NCBI RefSeq assembly: GCF_018398935.1
Contig: NZ_CP074694.1
Location: 6,060,001-6,092,000 of the forward strand
From: Telmatocola sphagniphila
GTDB taxonomy: Bacteria > Planctomycetota > Planctomycetia > Gemmatales > Gemmataceae
Length of the DNA: 32,000 nt
Direction: 5' to 3'
Below are positions 1-9,071 of this stretch, in pieces. Each line of letters begins with the position of its first letter. Positions within the stretch are counted from its first letter, which is position 1. Position numbers and translations under genes: made by a program. Below the pieces are notes generated by a model. The model made no database searches, had not been told where the DNA came from, and saw only the letters and a list, made by a program, of their open reading frames with translations.

Positions 1-470
1 TGCTCCGGGTGTTGGATGTATCCCCGGATTTCATCCGGGGCTTGAATCTGCCACCCCTCCGGGGTGGTTTGTTTATTTGTTTGGATGCCCGCGGTGAAAA
101 AATGTTTGCCGAATTGTGAATGTCCCGGATTTGCTCCGTGTGTTGGATGTTTCCCCGGATTTCATCCGGGGCTTGAATCTGCCACCCCTCCGGGGTGGTT
201 TGTTTATTTGTTTGGATGCCCGCGGTAAAAAAATGTTTGCCGATTTGTGAATGTCCCGGATTTGCTCCGGGTGTTGGATGTATCCCCGGATTTCATCCGG
301 GGCTTGAATCTGCCACCCCTCCGGGGTGGTTTGTTTATTTGTTTGGATGCCCGCGGTGAAAAAATGTTTGCCGAATTGTGAATGTCCCGGATTTGCTCCG
401 TGTGTTGGATGTTTCCCCGGATTTCATTCGGGGCTTGAATCTGCCACCCCTCCGGGGTGGGATTTACATG
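1..470. repeat. Tandem array of a 131-bp unit, at least 3.6 copies and cut by the window edge, with 262-bp higher-order periodicity
   Basis: Unit starts (tgctccg...) fall at 1, 132, 263 and 394. Units 1 and 3 read identical by eye. Units 2 and 4 share the same diagnostic substitutions (ccgTgtg, gtTtcc), and unit 2 also differs at ggtAaaaaa and gaTttg, a stretch unit 4 lacks. Each unit carries the hairpins CCCCGGA-TTTCA-TCCGGGG (22-40, 153-171, 284-302, 415-433) and CCACCCC-TCC-GGGGTGG (51-67, 182-198, 313-329, 444-460). A weaker CCCGGA-TTTGC-TCCGGG hairpin spans unit junctions. ORFs in the track across this region (204..500, 326..526) only translate the repeat. Confidence 0.9.
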
Positions 471-580
471 AAACCCCGGAGGGGTTTCAGAGATCAGCAC
501 CGGGTCAGCGCAGCGCCACCCGGTGAATATCGCAGCGCCACCCGGTGAATATCTGTGTCATTGCGTCACCCGGTGCAATC
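454..580. repeat. Composite palindromic module X followed by a 22-bp tandem duplication
   Basis: ggggtgggatttacatgaaaccccggaggggtttcagagatcagcaccgggtcagcgcagcgccacccggtg closely matches 5954-6037 and 6154-6237. It contains AACCCC-GGA-GGGGTT and CACCGGGT...ACCCGGTG inverted repeats. gcagcgccacccggtgaatatc occurs at 510-531 and again at 532-553, with a degenerate third copy near 561-577. The module lies directly 3' of the minus-strand gene that ends at 608. Confidence 0.85.
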
Positions 581-607
581 GATCTCGCACCGTCCCCAGC
601 CCTCAAA

Positions 608-3600
608 TCATTTGGCTGTTGCGCTGGTCTTCAACTGGTCGCCTTCCACCTTCAGATAAAATCCGTGGTCCTTGCTTTTCGACACAACCTTGACCACCAC
701 TGGATTCCAGCCCTCTTTCAGATCGACCGAGATCTCATCCTGTTCCGGTAGGTTAGGTCGAACCGCGGCTTCATAACTGCGGACCAGATTGCCGTTCACC
801 CAGACCTGGTAGTGCGAATTGGCTCCCAGTCGAAGAATCGATTTCTGAGACTTCGGCGAATACACATAGGTCAAGCCATACCCGGCCATGTTGTCCTTGT
901 TGAAAACTTCCTTGAAATCGAGATAGCCGTTGGTCTTGCCCGAACGCGGCTGCCATTTCAAAGGTTCTTTGGAATTCTCAACCGGGAAACTAGCAGTGGC
1001 TTCGAATTGTTTTTCCGGGCCGAAGGGCTTCTTCAAATCTCCCGGGAACGGGCCGACTACTTTAAAGTCGGTCACATATCCCCTCAGAGATTCCTGCGAC
1101 TGCCGATTCTTCAGGAAGGCCACCAGATCGAGCATCTGCGAATAGGAGAGTTGAGCCACCACATTGTCCGGCATTAGCGAAACTTTGGAGACTTTAATCT
1201 CCTCGATGTCGTCTCGAAGAATTCGGGTATCTTGGCCATTCGCGTCTCTGATGGTCACTTCGGTTGGCTTATCCACCGTCTTCAGACCAGTGATGGTCTT
1301 GCCCTCCTTGGTGATCACCTGGAAGGACTGATAGCCTTCCTTGATTTCTTTGGACGGTTCGATGATCGATTCCAGAATTTTCTCGACCGACATGGTGTCC
1401 CAAAGCCGGGTGAGATCGGGGCCGACGTTGCCTCCCAGGCCTTCCATCTTGTGGCAATTCATGCAGGCCAGGGTGGTCGTGTTCATGTAAATCTGCTTGC
1501 CTCGACGGGGATCGCCCTTGGTCTGAATTTCGGTTCGGATTTTTTCGACCTGAGCGCCATCCAGAGAGAGTAGTAATCCCCCTTTCATCACATCCGAAAG
1601 GAGAGTCGCCAGCTCGGCATGTTTGCCGAGGTGCTTTCGTAAACCTTCGGATACTTGAGGAAGTAGATCCCGGGGAAGTTTTTTGGCGGCAAACATTTCG
1701 CCGACTTTCTTGGCGCCTTCGAAAGTGTCTCCCAGAATGGTCACCGATTCCCGCTGGAGATTGGCATCTCCGGAAACTAAAAACTTCGAAGCGAATTCGC
1801 GGGCCGCTTCGCTATCGATGGTGACCAGCGTTCGCAGGCTCTCGGTCCGCAGGGCCGTCGGTTCCTCGCCGCTAAGAATCTTGCGCAGGACCTCCGTGGC
1901 GGATTTATCTTTCAACACCCGCAGGGTCTTCAGCAGGTTCAACCGTTCCGAAAGTTCCCGGGATTTGTCTTCCAGCATGGCCACCAATTTGGGAACCGCC
2001 TTGGTGATGCGAGCGGTTTCAATCGCTTTAATGGCGGCCGCGCGGGCGGCTTCCTCTTTCTCATCGAGCAGTTTGAATACAAACGGAACGGCCCGCTCCG
2101 ATTTGATCTGGCCCGATTCGGATAGTACCGAAACAGCGGCCGTCACCACTTCGATTGGATCTCCCTTTCGCTTCGTCAGAAAGTCGATCAATGAATCCAG
2201 GGTCAAAGGCGGGTCCAACTGGTAATTGGCATAAGAGCGTATCAGTTCCGCACGCTGTTCGGCCGAGATATGGACATTGGAAAGTAACTCGGGCAGCGCG
2301 AGGGCGGCTTCGCGAGTTCGGAAGGCCAGGAAGATTCCAACGACCTTATCCCGAAGGACTTCTTTGCCGCTGGCGGCCAGTTCCAGAAGTTTTTCAAAGC
2401 CCGGTTTACCAAGCCGCTCGAAGCTGCGGATCAGTGCGTCGGTATAGTAAACATCCATACCATCATCGAATTTCAAAACATTCACCAGAACATCGGCGGT
2501 ACTGGCATCACCAATCCGACCCAAGGCCAGTGCGGCCGAGCGACGTACGGAGAGTTCCTCGTCCGTCAAAAGCTGAGCCAAAGCATTCAAAACTTTGGTG
2601 TCTCCCTTTACGGCAAGCCTGCCGAGATATTCCGCACAGAGCCGCCGCATGTCCGGATCGACATCTTGAAGCAGAGAGAGGAATAAATCGATGGTGGAAT
2701 CGTTTCGAAGCTGAAATAGACCGCCCAGCGCAGCGTATCGGGAACTACTGCTCACTCGAGGCAGGCTCTTATTCTGCACCATCGCCTGAAGCAGCCGAAT
2801 GGCGTTCTGTTTGTCCGTATCGTTTTTGGCGCATTGGGCAATGTAGTCGATAAAGGCATGCGAGCGAACCGTGAAGTTTTCCCAGTCACTGACTTGCTCG
2901 GTCTCCCAGCTTTGCCAATCGCGCAGGGCAATTTTCGGTTCTTCTTTCCCTCCGGGCACTTCGCCGCCTACCCAGGTCAGACGATAGATCCGGCCATGCA
3001 CACCGTCCCCGAATAGTTTCCCGGCTCCACCACTGTTGGTTCGCCAATCGACGATGTAAATCGCGCCATCCGGACCGGTGACCATTTGACAGGGACGAAA
3101 CAGCGGATCCTCGGATTTCAGGAATTCAAACTCATGGGTGATGGTAAAGGTGCTGCCTTTGGGAGCGACTTCGTAAGCGCGGATCAGCTTGCGGAACACA
3201 TCGGGATAGTAAAGCAGCCCGCGATAGAACTTGGGCAATTGCGTATCGTTGTAAATCAACAGCCCGGCGGGGGAGCCTCTCCCCGTTTTCATCATGGGTG
3301 GTACTTTCCCGGGGAGTTCGCCCGCGACGGCACCGCGCAGATGATCGGGCAGGCAGCAGCGCGCTCCAGGCAGCAACCGCCAGCCGAAGTCTACCGCCTC
3401 GGGGACGTGCATGATCCGGCATCCGGTGAATTTGCTACCGTCTTCATTGTCGTTATCGACGTGGAAGATGTTGTATTTGTCGTCGAAGGAGATATCGCGA
3501 TAGGGGTTGCGGAAGCCTCGGGCATATTCTTCCATCTTGGAGCCGTCTGGCAGGCAGCGGAAGATGGCTCCGGTGCGAAGTACGGTCGCCCGGCTACCGT

Positions 3601-4273
3601 CGGAGCCTTCCACGTAATTGTCGTCGTCTCCCGAGGTGATGTAGAGCCAGCCGTCCGGCCCGATGGACATGCCCGAAACCTGGTGGTGATGGAAGCCGCA
3701 GAAGCCCTGGGCGATCACTTCCTTCACATCGTAAGGGCCGCCAGGCTTCGACTGCTTGAAGCGTCGGATCGAACCTCGTCCCGAGAGATAGATCCAGCCG
3801 TCATGAATGAGAATGCTCGAGGGCAGTTCGTCGTGGAGGATAATTTCGGATTTCGTGAACTGCCCGGTAGCGGGATCCCTTGTGAGAATTTTGACGACGT
3901 CTTTGACCGTCTTTTTCATCGTGGCGACGTTTCGAGTCGTGCCATCTTTATAAGTGAATTTCTCCGGGACTTCGTTCCAGCGATCCGAAACATCAGGCAC
4001 CCATTCGAGAACATAGCAGGTCCCCTTGGAGTCGAAGGTCATGCCGACTGGGTTGATGGTTACCGACTCATCGGCGACAATTTCGAGTTTGAAGCCGTCG
4101 GGGGTGATGTAGCCCTTCAAGCGGGGGTCGAATTTGCCCTGATCGATCATTTTCAGACCAGTGGGCATCGGCTTCGCTTTACTCTGGGGTTGCGCGAAAT
4201 CCGCGGGGGGATCGACAGCAAAAACGGGTGCAACCGGTAGGCAGAAAAGGAAAAAGACGGAGAGTCGAAACAT
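608..4273 (-). CDS. Secreted PVC-type heme-binding (CxxCH) protein with a membrane-bound-dehydrogenase-like N-terminal region and HEAT-like repeats
   Basis: This is the track ORF 608..4492, trimmed to the in-frame ATG at 4273. MFRLSVFFLFCLPVAPVFA is a typical signal peptide and the 73 upstream codons look non-genic. There is a single cytochrome-c motif (CMNCHKMEG), a long central A/L-rich HEAT-like helical repeat region and a beta-propeller-like N-terminal part. This architecture is typical of Pirellula/Verrucomicrobium-type proteins (TIGR02603/TIGR02604, from memory). Confidence 0.8.
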   Translation of the reverse strand: MFRLSVFFLFCLPVAPVFAVDPPADFAQPQSKAKPMPTGLKMIDQGKFDPRLKGYITPDGFKLEIVADESVTINPVGMTFDSKGTCYVLEWVPDVSDRWNEVPEKFTYKDGTTRNVATMKKTVKDVVKILTRDPATGQFTKSEIILHDELPSSILIHDGWIYLSGRGSIRRFKQSKPGGPYDVKEVIAQGFCGFHHHQVSGMSIGPDGWLYITSGDDDNYVEGSDGSRATVLRTGAIFRCLPDGSKMEEYARGFRNPYRDISFDDKYNIFHVDNDNEDGSKFTGCRIMHVPEAVDFGWRLLPGARCCLPDHLRGAVAGELPGKVPPMMKTGRGSPAGLLIYNDTQLPKFYRGLLYYPDVFRKLIRAYEVAPKGSTFTITHEFEFLKSEDPLFRPCQMVTGPDGAIYIVDWRTNSGGAGKLFGDGVHGRIYRLTWVGGEVPGGKEEPKIALRDWQSWETEQVSDWENFTVRSHAFIDYIAQCAKNDTDKQNAIRLLQAMVQNKSLPRVSSSSRYAALGGLFQLRNDSTIDLFLSLLQDVDPDMRRLCAEYLGRLAVKGDTKVLNALAQLLTDEELSVRRSAALALGRIGDASTADVLVNVLKFDDGMDVYYTDALIRSFERLGKPGFEKLLELAASGKEVLRDKVVGIFLAFRTREAALALPELLSNVHISAEQRAELIRSYANYQLDPPLTLDSLIDFLTKRKGDPIEVVTAAVSVLSESGQIKSERAVPFVFKLLDEKEEAARAAAIKAIETARITKAVPKLVAMLEDKSRELSERLNLLKTLRVLKDKSATEVLRKILSGEEPTALRTESLRTLVTIDSEAAREFASKFLVSGDANLQRESVTILGDTFEGAKKVGEMFAAKKLPRDLLPQVSEGLRKHLGKHAELATLLSDVMKGGLLLSLDGAQVEKIRTEIQTKGDPRRGKQIYMNTTTLACMNCHKMEGLGGNVGPDLTRLWDTMSVEKILESIIEPSKEIKEGYQSFQVITKEGKTITGLKTVDKPTEVTIRDANGQDTRILRDDIEEIKVSKVSLMPDNVVAQLSYSQMLDLVAFLKNRQSQESLRGYVTDFKVVGPFPGDLKKPFGPEKQFEATASFPVENSKEPLKWQPRSGKTNGYLDFKEVFNKDNMAGYGLTYVYSPKSQKSILRLGANSHYQVWVNGNLVRSYEAAVRPNLPEQDEISVDLKEGWNPVVVKVVSKSKDHGFYLKVEGDQLKTSATAK

Positions 4274-4550
4274 TATAAAGTGCTCCTCATGCGGTAATTC
4301 GATCTTAGTCGAAGAACTCGACGAATGCAACGAATGCCCGGGAATTGCCGCCGAGGATTTGTCGTGTCGGGTGGAAAAATAGTTCCGAGTTGCCGAGGTT
4401 AAGGCGTTTGCGAAACGGCAGACCAGGGCCGGGAGAGGGAAAAAGCGGGGGTTAAACCCGAAAAATGATCCCTGGCATAAATTGGCCGACATCGGGCGAA
4501 TCTTCTAAACTTTGAGCATCAACTATAACACTCCCAACAGGCTACGATCG

Positions 4551-5936
4551 ATGAGCGAACCGAAATACGAAAAACTCACTGCACCCAAAACCGGCACCCG
4601 AGTGACCCCGGAAGCTTACGCTTCGAAGAAATTCCCGGATGATCCGATCGTCTGCCTTCTGAAAGGGGATGGTATTGGGCAGGATGTGGGTTCGGCTCCC
4701 GGTATCACGACCTGTGCGGCCAAAGTCCTCGACGCGGCCGTTGAGAAAGCCTACAAGGGTAAGAGGAAGATCCACTGGTTCGACATTCATGCCGGGGATG
4801 TGGCCCGCTCGATGTATTCGCCGGGCATCACTGATGATCAGATCAAGGCTCTCGACGAAGACGGCCAACGCAAAGTCTATCTTCCCGACGACACCTTGAA
4901 AGCGTTCGATTATTACAAGCTGGGTCTGAAAGGCCCGCTGACCACTCCCATCGGCGGCGGATTCCGCAGCATTAATGTCTTCCTCCGCTTTAAGTTCGAT
5001 CTGTATGCTTGCGTTCGACCGGTGAAGTACTTCAAGGGCGTTGACGCCCCGAACCGCAACGCCAGCAAAGTTGATATGTGCATCTTCCGCGAGAACACCG
5101 AAGATGTGTATTGCGGTATCGAATTCAAGAGCGGTAGCGATCGGGCCAAGAAGGTCATCGCTCTGCTTCGCGAACTGGGCTACAAATCCGACCAGATTCT
5201 GGATTCCGCGGGCATTGGCATCAAACCGATCAGTCCGGAACGATCCAAGCGATTGATCCGCATGGCCATCCAGTATGCTCTGGAAAAGAAGTCCCCGAGT
5301 GTGACCCTGTGCCACAAAGGCAACATCATGAAGTTCACCGAGGGTGCTTTCAAGGATTGGGGTTATGAACTGGCCAAGGCCGAGTTCCGCGACCAGATTG
5401 TGACCGAAGACGAAGTTTACGCGAACTTTGGCGGCAAAGTGCCAGCGGGCAAGCTTCTGATCAAGGATCGCATCGCCGACAGCATGTTCCAGCAGATTCA
5501 GCTGCGACCGGATGAATACAGCGTGATTGCAACGCCGAACCTGAACGGCGATTATCTGTCCGATGCGATTGCCGCTCTAACCGGTGGTATCGGGCTGGCG
5601 GCCGGGGCGAACATCGGCGACACGGCCGCGATGTTCGAAGCGACTCACGGCACCGCGCCGAAGTACACCGGCCAGAACCGAGCGAACCCCGGGGCCGTGC
5701 TGCTATCGGGTGTCTTGCTGTTCGAATTCCTGAATTGGTTCGAAGCGGCGAAACTGGTCACCGACGCGACAGAAAAGACCTTCGCGGAAAGCGATGAAAT
5801 CGCCAAGAAGGGACCGGGCGGCAAGCTGTACGTGACCTACGATATCGCTCGTCAATTCCCCGGATATGGCGAAGCCGCCGGTGTCAGTAGCTCGGCCTTC
5901 GCTGACCGGATCATTGAGCATATCCATCAGGCGTAA
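4551..5936 (+). CDS. icd: NADP-dependent isocitrate dehydrogenase (homodimeric IDH/IMDH family)
   Basis: The protein is near-colinear with E. coli Icd as I remember it: GDGIGxDV, AAVEKAYKGxRKI, IKGPLTTPxGGGxRSxNV, HKGNIMKFTEGAFKDWGY, NLNGDYxSDA and FEATHGTAPKYxGQ. The track ORF starts at a TTG (4512). The ATG at 4551 (MSEPKYEK) is the more likely start. Confidence 0.95.
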   Translation: MSEPKYEKLTAPKTGTRVTPEAYASKKFPDDPIVCLLKGDGIGQDVGSAPGITTCAAKVLDAAVEKAYKGKRKIHWFDIHAGDVARSMYSPGITDDQIKALDEDGQRKVYLPDDTLKAFDYYKLGLKGPLTTPIGGGFRSINVFLRFKFDLYACVRPVKYFKGVDAPNRNASKVDMCIFRENTEDVYCGIEFKSGSDRAKKVIALLRELGYKSDQILDSAGIGIKPISPERSKRLIRMAIQYALEKKSPSVTLCHKGNIMKFTEGAFKDWGYELAKAEFRDQIVTEDEVYANFGGKVPAGKLLIKDRIADSMFQQIQLRPDEYSVIATPNLNGDYLSDAIAALTGGIGLAAGANIGDTAAMFEATHGTAPKYTGQNRANPGAVLLSGVLLFEFLNWFEAAKLVTDATEKTFAESDEIAKKGPGGKLYVTYDIARQFPGYGEAAGVSSSAFADRIIEHIHQA

Positions 5937-5953
5937 TTGTGATGATTCCGTAC

Positions 5954-6280
5954 GGGGTGGGATTTAACATTAACCCCGGAGGGGATTCAGAAATCAGCAC
6001 CGGGTCAGCGCAGCGCCACCTGGTGAAATAGATAGCGCAGCCCCCGGTGATTGAATAATCTACACCCATTATCCGATTAAATCTCCCCGGATTCCATCCG
6101 GGGCTTGGATTTATCCCCGGATTCCATCCGGGGCTTGAGTCTGCCACCCCTCCGGGGTGGGATTTAACATTAACCCCGGAGGGGTTTCAGAAATCAGCAC
6201 CGGGTCAGCGCAGCGCCACCCGGTGGAATAGATAGCGTAGCGTCCCCCGGTGAAATAGATATCGCAGCACCACCCAGTGC
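5954..6280. repeat. Second locus of the same palindromic-unit mosaic, with two copies of module X and two or three hairpin units
   Basis: Module X occurs at 5954-6037 and 6154-6237, exactly 200 bp apart. CCCCGGATTCCATCCGGGG occurs at 6085-6103 and 6115-6133, and CCACCCCTCCGGGGTGG at 6144-6160. The mosaic fills the convergent intergenic region between the icd stop (5936) and the TPR gene stop (6304). Track ORFs 5911..6147, 6111..6380 and 6194..6463 are repeat translations. Confidence 0.9.
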
Positions 6281-6303
6281 TTGCCCGTTGAATAGCTTCG
6301 TAA

Positions 6304-8655
6304 TCAATTCTTCTGCGCCCGTTCCAGCCATTCCGCCCAGTATTTTTTCGATCGATTGCTGGCCGTGTTGTCGTAAACATCGTCCTTCAGAGTGATGTAC
6401 ACCGTCCGGAGTTGGGTGAGAATTTTCTTGGCTTTCTCCGGCTTCTCCTGGTACTGGCAGCATTGGTACATCTGCCCGAGGGCAACCAGTTGTTCGACCT
6501 TGCCGACGAAGCGTTCAGTCAGCTTTTCGTAGCGGCCGTAGGCAGTGTCGTAGTCGCCGAGCAACAGACAGCAATCGGCCCCGGCAAACGCCGAGTTGCG
6601 CCATAATCGTCCCATGGCCGAGGCCGGTTCGTTAATAGCTTCCGTCACTTCCAGTTTGGCTTCCACTTCCTGAAACGCTTTGCGGGCGTTCAGAATCTGA
6701 TCCCGGTAGGTTCTCTTCTGGTTAGCCAATTTCTTATCCAGATCGGCTTTCTGATTGTCGGTCAACGTCGAACTTCGCAGCTGTTCTTGAGATTTCTGAA
6801 TCTCTTTCCCATCCTGCCCGGCCATATACCAGTAACTCCGGCCGATGTAATATCGAGCGGAAATCGCCCGATTGGTTTCGGAGTAGTAGGAAACCGCCTG
6901 GGAAAATTGCTCGATGGCCTTCGTCCAGTTCTGCAACTGGTAATGAGCATCCCCCAGCGAGTAAAGAGTTCGTTCCTGAAGCTTGGCCTGATTGGGTAAC
7001 TCGGGATTCTTGAGATTCTTTTCGAGTTGATCGATGGCCTCCTGCGTGCGAGATTCCTTGAGCAGGACATCGGCCAGTTCTACCCGAAGGGCGATTTCCT
7101 GGTTCCCCGGATTTTTCAGTCCCGATTCCAAAGCGATGATGGCTCCCTTGAGATCATTGGCAGCCATATGCAATTGGCTTTTCTTCAACCATAGCTCGCC
7201 ATCGACATTTTCGGGGCCGCCAATGGAGACGATCAAATCGTCGAAACTCTTTAGAGCCGAGATTGAATCGCCCGACTGAACCTGGAGATCGATCGCCTGC
7301 TTTAACCATTCTTTTCGCTGGACCGGATTGCTGGAATTCAACGCGATCAGTTCATTCGCGGCTGAAGCGGCTTTGGTGTAGTAAGTTTTGCGATCCTCGA
7401 GGCGAGGCTGCGATTCGGCCCAGGCTTTGTAAGTTTCGAACAGCATCAGCTTATCCCGGCCCGGTTCGGCAAAACGCGAGTAAAGTTGAGCAATCCGTTC
7501 CGCGAGATCGAAGCGTCGCTCTTTTTGAAATGCGGCATAGGCCTGATCGCAAATATCACGCAACTCGTTCAGTGAAAGACATTCGTTCTTGGATGTTTTC
7601 AGATCGGGCTGGCTGGTGACTTTTTCCAGCTCGGCGATCAGACTCTCCGAATTCGCACTGTCGATGCCCTTCAGAAGCACCAGCTTCAAACTAGCGGCCT
7701 GACCCGCGTTGGAATTGCTTTGCTTCAATTCCGTCAGGATCTTCATCCCTTCATCGCTTCGGTTGGCCCGCAAGTAGACATTGGCCAGTTCGTACTGCAG
7801 TTGTTCCAGTGTGGCGGCGGAGGCCCCTTTGACCTGCCGGGCTTGTTCCAGATACCGCAGAGCCTGCGACCAGTCGCCATCACTCAAATAAGTCTTGGCC
7901 AGCGTGGTGCGAGCCGCCACGTAGATTTCTACAGGAGCATCGGGGCCAATCTGTTCCAGTTTCTTCCGGGCATCATCCAGTTCGTGCAGACTCAGAGAAA
8001 TGCGACCGATTTCCAGTCGAGCCTGACTGATGGCGCCCACCCGACTACGAGGTGGTGCGGCTTTTAAATATTCCCGGTAAGCTTCGCGAGCTTTGACGTA
8101 ATTGGGCGGTGTCATTCTCAATAAACAATCGCCAAGCAACCGCTGTCCTTCCGCACGCTCTTCATCCTGCGGCATAGTGGCCAGAAGTGCCGGGATAACT
8201 TTGACCGGATCCTGGGAAGGATCGGCGGCGGCGAGTCGAGCCAGCCGATAGTTCCAACGTTTGTTCTCCTCCGGTACCAGTTCAGTCGCTTTCACCGCAT
8301 TCAGCTGTTCGGCCGCTTTCTTCCAGAAGAGCTTGGCCGAGGTAGGTGTCTCGGCGGATTCGGAAAGTCTCTGAAAGCCGGAACCGACCAGATGGTGAAG
8401 AGAACTCGTCCAGTTGACCGCCGGGGATTCGGTGACTCGGTTGAGAACCGACTCCAACTGCTCTGGCACCGATTGCTGGGAATCGAGAAGACTTCGCAAA
8501 GACTGGAGGTCGCGCTGCAATCGCTCACCCGCGGAAGGCTGCCAGTGAGGGCGAGCGTACCAGACTGCCAACAAGGCGGTAGTTCCCAACAGAAACACCG
8601 GTACCTGCCAGAGTTGTTCCGAACGCGATCTGATCCGGGCCGATTCCCTGGCCAT
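6304..8655 (-). CDS. Membrane-anchored tetratricopeptide-repeat (TPR) protein, function unknown
   Basis: A 783-aa ORF with an ATG start. It has an N-terminal basic stretch followed by one hydrophobic helix (WQVPVFLLGTTALLAVWYA). The rest is repeated TPR-like A/L/Y-rich helical pairs (for example LGDAHYQLQNWTKAIEQF and YYIGRSYWYMAG). Confidence 0.7.
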   Translation of the reverse strand: MARESARIRSRSEQLWQVPVFLLGTTALLAVWYARPHWQPSAGERLQRDLQSLRSLLDSQQSVPEQLESVLNRVTESPAVNWTSSLHHLVGSGFQRLSESAETPTSAKLFWKKAAEQLNAVKATELVPEENKRWNYRLARLAAADPSQDPVKVIPALLATMPQDEERAEGQRLLGDCLLRMTPPNYVKAREAYREYLKAAPPRSRVGAISQARLEIGRISLSLHELDDARKKLEQIGPDAPVEIYVAARTTLAKTYLSDGDWSQALRYLEQARQVKGASAATLEQLQYELANVYLRANRSDEGMKILTELKQSNSNAGQAASLKLVLLKGIDSANSESLIAELEKVTSQPDLKTSKNECLSLNELRDICDQAYAAFQKERRFDLAERIAQLYSRFAEPGRDKLMLFETYKAWAESQPRLEDRKTYYTKAASAANELIALNSSNPVQRKEWLKQAIDLQVQSGDSISALKSFDDLIVSIGGPENVDGELWLKKSQLHMAANDLKGAIIALESGLKNPGNQEIALRVELADVLLKESRTQEAIDQLEKNLKNPELPNQAKLQERTLYSLGDAHYQLQNWTKAIEQFSQAVSYYSETNRAISARYYIGRSYWYMAGQDGKEIQKSQEQLRSSTLTDNQKADLDKKLANQKRTYRDQILNARKAFQEVEAKLEVTEAINEPASAMGRLWRNSAFAGADCCLLLGDYDTAYGRYEKLTERFVGKVEQLVALGQMYQCCQYQEKPEKAKKILTQLRTVYITLKDDVYDNTASNRSKKYWAEWLERAQKN

Positions 8656-9071
8656 GATGGTATTCCTTGTTGCGGCGGCTTGTGCATGTCCGATATCCGC
8701 TATCCCTCGCAGATATCAAAGCGCTTGCGAAATTAGTGCAAATCGGCGTTAGCCTGTCAAGGCGAACTCCGCCTGAACCCCGACAGTTTTTACAATCGGA
8801 AAAATCCTCCCAAACCCAAATAATTTGCCAAAGCATCACAATGAACTTGACAATGAAGTAATAGGTCACTATTTTTATAAACTAATGAACTTTTATAGTT
8901 CATCAAAACGATAAACAAAGTGCACAATTAAATTCGCACTTGTGTTTCCAGGGATTTTTGCATGTTTGATTATGTTGATCTGAAAGATGATCATTTGAAC
9001 CCCTAAGTGGGATCTAGCTAAGGAATTGCGTTCCCAATCGATCCTTTAATTTGGAATCAGGAGTTTCGAGG

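Noticed and set aside
1-470. Possible CRISPR array, suggested by regularly spaced palindromic repeats
   Set aside because: The whole 131-bp period is repeated, so there are no unique spacers between the hairpins. The period is far longer than a CRISPR repeat-spacer unit, and no cas genes are visible.
204-526. Track ORFs inside the repeat loci (204..500, 326..526, and also 5911..6147, 6111..6380, 6194..6463)
   Set aside because: Their peptide sequences (PPGFH, PEGWQ and similar) are just translations of the repeated hairpin units in several frames. They have no start context and overlap each other.
3086-4240. A 384-aa plus-strand ORF (plus 1683..2225, 2155..2853 and others) inside the giant heme-protein gene
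   Set aside because: These are antisense or off-frame shadows within a well-supported 1221-aa minus-strand CDS. They have no motifs and biased composition.
4274-4492. N-terminal 73-codon extension of the heme-protein ORF, and similar extensions at 30882..31019, 16624..16668, 9051..9071, 4512..4550 and 14482..14502
   Set aside because: In each case a downstream in-frame ATG or GTG starts a signal peptide, a Tat leader or the conserved N-terminus. The extensions begin at weak alternative codons or read through promoter-like AT-rich DNA.
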